Assembly (NCBI GenBank): GCA_965261595.1
Contig: CBDHDG010000001.1
Span: 96,001-160,000 of the forward strand
Direction of reading: 5' to 3'
DNA from: a bacterium
GTDB lineage: Bacteria > UBA8248 > JACPRG01 > G963555815
DNA length: 64,000 nucleotides
The notes beneath the pieces are model-generated. The model was not told where the DNA came from and made no database searches. It worked only from the letters and a program-made list of their open reading frames with translations. Position numbers and translations under genes: made by a program. This document shows positions 57,994-64,000 of this stretch, piece after piece. Each line of letters starts with the position of its first letter. Position 1 is the stretch's first letter.

Positions 57994-59178
57994 ATGAAGG
58001 ATGTGGTCATCGTCGGGGGGGTGAGAACCCCCGGAGGGAAATTCGGCGGAACGCTCAAGGACACGCCCGTCCCCGAGCTCGGGGCCCTGACGGTCCATGA
58101 AGTGGTCCGCCGGACCGGGATCGACCCGAGTGCCGTGGACGAGGTGATCTTCGGCAACGGTTGGCAGGCGGGCGTCGGCCCGAACACCGCCCGGCTCGTG
58201 ACGGTCAAGGGCGGGCTTCCCGAGAAAGTCCCGGCCTTTACGGTCAACAAGCGGTGCGGATCGAGCCTGAAGACCATCATCCTCGGAGCGCAGGCCATTC
58301 GGGCCGGCGATGCCGACACCGTCCTGGTCGGCGGCGTCGAAAACACCAGCCGGGTGCCGTACGTCCTTCAGGACGCCCGGTGGGGGATGCGGCAAGGCCA
58401 CGGCGAGGTGGTGGACCTCACCCACAAGGACGGGTACGTCTGCGGCCTGATCGGCGAGATCATGGGCGCGACGGCCGAGACCCTGGCCGTCCAATTCGCC
58501 ATCAGTCGGGATGAGCAGGACGAATTCGCGCTTCAAAGCCACCAGAAGGCCCTCGCCGCCATCGACGCCTCGGTCTTCGACGACGAGGTGGTCTCCATTC
58601 CGCTCAACGGCGGACGAAAAGGCCCGGACAGCCTGGACGTGGACGAGATTCCCCGCCGGGACATCTCGCTGGAAAAGCTGGGGAGGCTCAGGCCCATCTT
58701 CAAAAAAGACGGGACGGTCACCGCCGGCAACGCCTGCGCCCAATGCGACGCGGCCTCGGCCTTGATCCTCATGTCGGCCGAGCGCGCGGCCGAGCTCGAA
58801 ATGACACCCATGGCCCGCATCGTCAGCTACGCAAGCGCGGGCGTGGACCCGAAGGTCATGGGAATCGGGCCGGTCCCGGCGGTCCGAACGGCCCTGGAAA
58901 AGGCCGGGATGACACTCGATTCGATTGACCTCATCGAGTTGAACGAGGCCTTCGCGGCCCAGGCCATCGCCGTCGAGCGCGAGCTGAAGTGGGACCGCAA
59001 CAAGGTGAACGTCCACGGCGGCGCCATCGCCCTCGGCCACCCGGTGGGCGCCACCGGCGCCAAAATCACGGTGACCCTCCTTCACGCCCTCCAGCGACAA
59101 GACAAGACCATCGGGTTGGCGACGCTTTGCATCGGAGGCGGTCTAGGGGTGGCAATCCTCTTCGAGCGGCTGAGCTGA
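57994..59178 (+). CDS. acetyl-CoA acetyltransferase (thiolase)
   Basis: RTP.G, NKRCGSS, NEAFAAQ, GGAIALGHP, LCIGGG. Confidence 0.95.
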   Translation: MKDVVIVGGVRTPGGKFGGTLKDTPVPELGALTVHEVVRRTGIDPSAVDEVIFGNGWQAGVGPNTARLVTVKGGLPEKVPAFTVNKRCGSSLKTIILGAQAIRAGDADTVLVGGVENTSRVPYVLQDARWGMRQGHGEVVDLTHKDGYVCGLIGEIMGATAETLAVQFAISRDEQDEFALQSHQKALAAIDASVFDDEVVSIPLNGGRKGPDSLDVDEIPRRDISLEKLGRLRPIFKKDGTVTAGNACAQCDAASALILMSAERAAELEMTPMARIVSYASAGVDPKVMGIGPVPAVRTALEKAGMTLDSIDLIELNEAFAAQAIAVERELKWDRNKVNVHGGAIALGHPVGATGAKITVTLLHALQRQDKTIGLATLCIGGGLGVAILFERLS

Positions 59179-59220
59179 TTGCGAGTCAATCCGGATGATT
59201 CCTGACGGAGGAAGCGCCCG

Positions 59221-60084
59221 ATGCCGGTAAAACACTTGTTCGTCGTCGGGGCGGGCCGGATGGGCGCCGGCATCGCCCAGCTCGCGGCCCAGCGGGGGAT
59301 TCAGGTCACGCTCATGGACGTGAGCGATGACCTTGTCCGGGCGGGCGTGGAGCGGACGGCCAAGTCCCTCCAGGGACGGGTGGACAAGGACAAGCTCACG
59401 CCCGAAGACCGGGAGGCCGCGCTTTCCCGGATCTCCGCCACAACCCGGCTCTCGGACGCGTCGCCGTGTGATTTCGTTCTCGAAGCGATTGTCGAAGACA
59501 TCGGAGTCAAAAGGAAGGTCTTCGGGGAGCTTGAGGAGGCGGTCGCGGACGGGGCCGTCCTGGCCAGCAACACGACGGCGCTTTCGATCAGCGAGATCGC
59601 CGCCTCGACCCGGCGTCCGGAGAGGGTCATCGGGATGCACTTTTTCAATCCGCCGGTCGTCATGAAACTGGTGGAGATCATCCCCGGCATGGCGACGTCC
59701 TCCCGGACGGTCGAGACCACGCGGGCATTGGCCGCCGATTTGGGAAAAGACCCGGTGGTCACGAACTTCGAATCCCCCGCCGGCATCGTCAGCCGGGTCC
59801 TGTCCGGCCTGCTCAATGAAGCGGTCCTGGTCTACGAGGCGGGCGTGGCTTCCGCGGAGGACGTGGACAAGGCCATGAAACTGGGGACCAACATGCCCAT
59901 GGGGCCCCTCGCCCTTTTGGACCTGATCGGCCTGGATGTCCACATGGCCAAGATGGAGACCCTCCACCGGGAGCTCGGGGACTCCCGGTACAGGACTCCC
60001 TACCTGGTCCGAAAGATGGTCAAGGCCGGGCGTCTGGGCGTGAAATCCGGCAAGGGGTTTTACGAGTATCCGGGTTCCTCCTGA
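59221..60084 (+). CDS. hbd: 3-hydroxyacyl(butyryl)-CoA dehydrogenase
   Basis: GAGRMGAG, EAIVE, ASNT, GMHFFNP, PMGPL, LGVKSGKGFY. Confidence 0.92.
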   Translation: MPVKHLFVVGAGRMGAGIAQLAAQRGIQVTLMDVSDDLVRAGVERTAKSLQGRVDKDKLTPEDREAALSRISATTRLSDASPCDFVLEAIVEDIGVKRKVFGELEEAVADGAVLASNTTALSISEIAASTRRPERVIGMHFFNPPVVMKLVEIIPGMATSSRTVETTRALAADLGKDPVVTNFESPAGIVSRVLSGLLNEAVLVYEAGVASAEDVDKAMKLGTNMPMGPLALLDLIGLDVHMAKMETLHRELGDSRYRTPYLVRKMVKAGRLGVKSGKGFYEYPGSS

Positions 60085-60143
60085 GGCCCATGAAAGGGAT
60101 ATTATAGAATTAATAAATATGAATAATATCAATAGATTATAAT

Positions 60144-61292
60144 ATGGAATTTAATCTTTCAGATGAACAAAAATCCATTCACGAAGAGATCCGCGCCTTC
60201 GTCGATGAGGTGATCGCGCCATCGGCGGCGGAAAACGCCCGCCTTCACCGCTTTCCCCGTGAGATTGTCCGGGAGCTGGCCGCCCGCGGCTTCATGGGCG
60301 GGCCGATCGCCCGCGAGTGGGGCGGACGCGGATATGATTACATCTCGCACGCGTTGGTCGCCGAGGAGATCGGCCGCGGCTGCTCTTCGATGAGGAGCAC
60401 CTTTTCCGCTCATCTCTCGCTTTGCGCGCTTCCGATCTATACTTGGGGGACGGAAGAGCAAAAGGAGCGCTATCTAAAGAAGATGGCCCGCGGCGAGTGG
60501 CTTGGCTGCATGGGCCTGACCGAAGCCGACGCGGGAAGCGACGTGGGCGCGATGCTCTCCGCCGCCGAGGACCGGGGGGATCACTATCTCCTCACCGGCC
60601 GGAAGATGTGGATCAGCAACGGCTGCGAGGCGGACCTGGCGCTCGTCTACGCCAAGACCGACAAGTCCCAGGGGACGCGGGGAATCACCGCGTTCCTGGT
60701 CGAGATGGCCTGGGCGGGCTGCTCCGCGGAAGAGATACACGGGAAACTGGGCCTGTGGTCATCCAATACGGCCGAATTGATCTTCGATCAGGCCAGGGTC
60801 CCGGCGGAGAACGTCCTGGGAGAGGTCGGGTCGGGATTCAAGGTGGCCATGTCCACGCTGGATTACGGCCGGTTCACGGTGGCGGCCGGTTGCGTGGGAT
60901 TGGCCCAGGCGTGTCTGGACGCCATTGGGGATTTCGTGAAGGAGAGCGGACCGGCGCTTCTCCGGGCCCGGCCGGAGGTTTGCGAGACGATAGGCGAGAT
61001 GGCCCGGGACATCGACGCGGGCCGCCTTCTCGTGATGCGCGTGGGACACCTGAAAAACCGGGGTGTGAGAAACACCCGGGAAACGAGCGTCGCGAAGTAT
61101 TTCACGAGCGAGCTGGCCAATCGGGCGGCGACCCAGGCCGTGCGCGTGATCGGCATGGAGGCCAACTCGGAAAGATACCCCGTCGAGCGGTACCTGCGGG
61201 ACGCGAAGGTGAACACCTTGTTCGAAGGGACGTCGCAAATTCAGAACCTGATCATCGGAAGCCTGGAGCTTGGAATTCGAGCCATCCAATAA
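60144..61292 (+). CDS. acyl-CoA dehydrogenase family protein, atypical C-terminus
   Basis: LTEADAGSD, GRKMWISN, KLG, RDAK...FEGTSQIQ. Confidence 0.9.
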   Translation: MEFNLSDEQKSIHEEIRAFVDEVIAPSAAENARLHRFPREIVRELAARGFMGGPIAREWGGRGYDYISHALVAEEIGRGCSSMRSTFSAHLSLCALPIYTWGTEEQKERYLKKMARGEWLGCMGLTEADAGSDVGAMLSAAEDRGDHYLLTGRKMWISNGCEADLALVYAKTDKSQGTRGITAFLVEMAWAGCSAEEIHGKLGLWSSNTAELIFDQARVPAENVLGEVGSGFKVAMSTLDYGRFTVAAGCVGLAQACLDAIGDFVKESGPALLRARPEVCETIGEMARDIDAGRLLVMRVGHLKNRGVRNTRETSVAKYFTSELANRAATQAVRVIGMEANSERYPVERYLRDAKVNTLFEGTSQIQNLIIGSLELGIRAIQ

Positions 61293-61403
61293 GCCGCCGC
61301 GGCCTCCTCCCCCGCCGCCGCTCGATTCGGACCCCCCGTCTGAAACCGGCCGGCCCGACGGAGAACCCCGCGCGAAAGCCCTGATGATGGAAGCGAGCCG
61401 AAA

Positions 61404-61919
61404 GTGAAAAAATCCGTCACGCTGACACTATGCATCTTATGGCTGTTGGCCGGTTGCGGATTTTTCAAGGGCACCGCATCGCGGAAGGGTGCCCCCGCGA
61501 GGAAATCGGATTCTCTTTCACGGGCCCGGAAAAAGACCGGTCCCTGCCCGTCCTTCCTGGTGATCGGCAAGAACCCTTCCCGGATTGAAGGAATCTGGCT
61601 GACGAACCGCGCCCTTCCGTATAAAATGCGTGTAGGCGGGCAGCGGCGCGTCCTCCCGGGGCTTCGCGACGTATCGGAGATCCTCCTGGTCCTGGACGAT
61701 TGGCAGACGGGCGCGTGTAAATCCAAGCTGAAATCCAACTCACGGGAGCAGGCCAAACTAGATCGGAAACTTACCCGGGTGAATGATTACCTGCGGGCCT
61801 TCACCCTGGTGCTGAGCACCCCTTACACCACGTCGGCCGAGGCGGAGGAGGAGATTCGGAAATGGGTGAAAGAGGTCCGGGACCGCCTCTTGAGAGAATT
61901 GATGCGCGGCGCACGCTGA
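61404..61919 (+). CDS. hypothetical lipoprotein
   Basis: MKK, hydrophobic stretch, LAGC lipobox. Confidence 0.65.
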   Translation: MKKSVTLTLCILWLLAGCGFFKGTASRKGAPARKSDSLSRARKKTGPCPSFLVIGKNPSRIEGIWLTNRALPYKMRVGGQRRVLPGLRDVSEILLVLDDWQTGACKSKLKSNSREQAKLDRKLTRVNDYLRAFTLVLSTPYTTSAEAEEEIRKWVKEVRDRLLRELMRGAR

Positions 61920-62434
61920 AGTCCGGGGAAGTTGAAATCAACCGGGAATCTTCCCGTGAGACCGGTCCGCGGGCGGGCGCGCGGCGCAAATGGCTGAAGG
62001 CCTTGCCGATCCTTCTTCTGATGTCGGGCCTCAGCGGGATCTCGGCGCCTTCCGTGGCGTCGGCCCAGTCCGAGGCGCTCCAAAAAGGGTTTCTCCCCAT
62101 CGTCCAATTGTGGAAGCGTGGAAAGACGGTCTGCGCCAATAAGGAGCTGCCGGCCTGCGTGGACATCACCAAAGACATCATGAAGCGGCTCGGGATTCTG
62201 CAAAAGAATCTCAAGCACGGGGCGGAAAAGGTCCTGGTCATCGGGGCGCGGGCCCTCATGGCGGCGGGCATCAACGAGGCGAGGGCCGTCGTGGCCTACC
62301 AGGTATCGGGGGCGGACACCGCTTGTAACCTCCTGGGGAATGCCCAGATAAATATGGCCAATGCGGACGACGCGCTTTCCCTTCTCCCCCCCGGAACTGG
62401 CAGGCGAACGTCAAAAGATATGTCAGCCAGATGA
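61862..62434 (+). CDS. hypothetical secreted protein (start uncertain)
   Basis: Signal-like RRKWLKALPILLLMSGL...ASA followed by a helical domain. Confidence 0.5.
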   Translation: MGERGPGPPLERIDARRTLKSGEVEINRESSRETGPRAGARRKWLKALPILLLMSGLSGISAPSVASAQSEALQKGFLPIVQLWKRGKTVCANKELPACVDITKDIMKRLGILQKNLKHGAEKVLVIGARALMAAGINEARAVVAYQVSGADTACNLLGNAQINMANADDALSLLPPGTGRRTSKDMSAR

Positions 62435-62710
62435 AGAGGATCTCCAACATCGACCGGAGGCGGTTGGGGCGCATCGTCCCGCGCGTCTGCCCGAGCAACA
62501 GGATTTTCTGAATTTCCTCCGGCGGCCCCTCCCCTTACCCCTCCCCCCCCCCCCGGCGCAAACGCTTCCGGTTGACACGGACGGGCGGGATGAGAACCGT
62601 TGGGGCGTCGTGAATCCGGTTGAAAGCCCAATGTGTTACAGTAGCTCGCGCCGGATTCGGCAAGTAACCGCCTCCGCGGTTTTCCCGGGTTCGACCTGAC
62701 GGGGGCCCGG

Positions 62711-63454
62711 GTGAAAATCCTTCTCAGCAACGACGACGGCGTGCATTCCGCCGGGTTGAAAGCCCTGCACGACGCATTGATCGATGAACACGAAGTCGTG
62801 GTCGTCGCCCCCGATCGGGAACGAAGCGCCGCCGGCCATTCCCTCACCTTGCATCACCCGTTGCGGGTCGTCGAGGTCTCCCAGGGCTGGTTCTCCGTGG
62901 ACGGGACGCCCACCGATTGCGTCCACCTCGCGCTGAACGGACTGCTCTCCGGGCCGAAACCGGACCTCTTGATGGCCGGCATCAACATGGGGGCCAACCT
63001 GGGGAGCGACGTCACCTATTCCGGAACGGTGGCGGCGGCCTTTGAAGGAACACTCTCGGGCGTTCCCTCGATCGCCGTCTCTCTGGTTTCGCGGGGCCCA
63101 TTCGAGTTCGGCCCGGCGGCCGCGTTCTCAGCGCGCCTCGTCGGCGAAGTCGCCCGCCGCGGCCTGCCCGAAGATACGTTGCTCAACGTCAACGTTCCCG
63201 ACCTGCCCGGGGACCGGATTCGCGGCATCCGCGTCACCCGCCAAGGCAAGAGCTTCTACGGAGAAGCCATCGTCGAGAAGGTGGACCCCAGGGGCCGGAA
63301 GTATTTCTGGATCGGCGGCGGCGACGCCGAATGGGCCCGGAAGGGCGATACCGATCTCGATGCCGCTCACGAAGGGTTCATCTCCGTCACGCCCCTTCAC
63401 CTCGATCTGACCAACGAAGCGGCCCATCAAGCCATGAGCGAATGGTCTTTCTAG
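62711..63454 (+). CDS. surE: 5'/3'-nucleotidase SurE
   Basis: LSNDDG, AP...RS, GTPTDCV, GIN.G.NLG, YSGTV, SVTPL. Confidence 0.97.
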   Translation: MKILLSNDDGVHSAGLKALHDALIDEHEVVVVAPDRERSAAGHSLTLHHPLRVVEVSQGWFSVDGTPTDCVHLALNGLLSGPKPDLLMAGINMGANLGSDVTYSGTVAAAFEGTLSGVPSIAVSLVSRGPFEFGPAAAFSARLVGEVARRGLPEDTLLNVNVPDLPGDRIRGIRVTRQGKSFYGEAIVEKVDPRGRKYFWIGGGDAEWARKGDTDLDAAHEGFISVTPLHLDLTNEAAHQAMSEWSF

Positions 63455-63778
63455 CGCCTGGTTGCATAGTTCCGCGTATGAATTATTCGGGTTGTTGCCC
63501 CGATCTGAGCGAAGGGCATAGCCCGAAGCGGAGATCGGGGCGCGCTTTACGCAGCCGCGATTTCCGCCGGCGGGGCGGGCAGCGGGTCGGTTGACCCCTT
63601 GCCCGCCGGCGGGCTGGAGGGTCACCGACCCGCGCCCGGCCTACCCAATCGCGGCTACAACGGGAGGGCCGCTCCACCGCTCACTGAAAGGCGCGAAGAA
63701 TTATTGCGCGGACTTCCGCAACCAACCTCCAGGCCCGTTCGCCCCGTGCGGGAACCTCCGGAGAACGGAGGCCGAACC

Positions 63779-64000
63779 TTGAAACTTCCTTTTTTGTCCA
63801 ACAACCGCCGCCGCGAAAACGGCCGGGAGGATCCCCAAGCCTACGCCAAAGAGCGCGAGCGGATGGTTCGGGACCAACTGGCTGAACGGGGGATCACGGA
63901 CATCCGCGTCCTGGACGCGATGCGCCGCGTTCCCCGCCACCTGATGGTGGAGGAGGCCCTGCGGTTTCGCGCGTATCAGGATCACCCGCTCCCCATCGGC
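63779..64000 (+). CDS. pcm: protein-L-isoaspartate O-methyltransferase (5' part, truncated by the window)
   Basis: Hand translation [30 protein letters not shown]...[10 protein letters not shown]; follows surE. Confidence 0.93.
   Translation, partial: MKLPFLSNNRRRENGREDPQAYAKERERMVRDQLAERGITDIRVLDAMRRVPRHLMVEEALRFRAYQDHPLPIG

Noticed and set aside
58717..58760. Thiolase GNACAQCD variant motif
   Set aside because: Catalytic Cys/His/Cys, NEAF and GHP motifs are intact, and this loop varies among ordinary thiolases.

Overview
High-GC bacterial chromosome window; the lineage cannot be determined from the sequence. 1-3.1 kb is a decayed catabolic patch: a doubly frameshifted alpha/beta-hydrolase, an IS3-family element (4-bp TGTT duplication) inserted in a tctA remnant, and that remnant fused to an amidohydrolase remnant. 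Next come a FadR/GntR regulator and a three-gene oxalate-oxidoreductase-like 2-oxoacid:ferredoxin oxidoreductase (YPIRP motif), then a complete pentose-phosphate operon (tkt, rpiB, tal-pgi, gnd, zwf, glk, pgl). 17.9-47 kb is a large catabolic/transport region: a non-CODH xanthine-oxidase-family molybdoenzyme, an atypical M20 hydrolase, a ferritin-like protein, an LLM pseudogene, a CoA ligase, a crotonase, a single-chain triple-Rid protein, two Arg-less Rids, two split ABC systems, CoA-transferase plus ADP-forming acyl-CoA synthetase, rubredoxin and an IsdG-like protein. The remainder holds two sigma54-type promoters with tiny ORFs (one LIM-like Zn finger), apt, a LysM/M23 lipoprotein, a response regulator, a non-canonical DAHP-synthase/shikimate-dehydrogenase/Gfo operon, tRNA-Val and tRNA-Asp, beta-oxidation genes, surE and the start of pcm. 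The best candidates for undescribed systems are the variant aro-like operon (KPMT DAHP synthase), the asymmetric single-chain Rid trimer and the OOR-like enzyme lacking the switch-loop Asp. All family assignments come from motifs recognised by eye; no searches were run.
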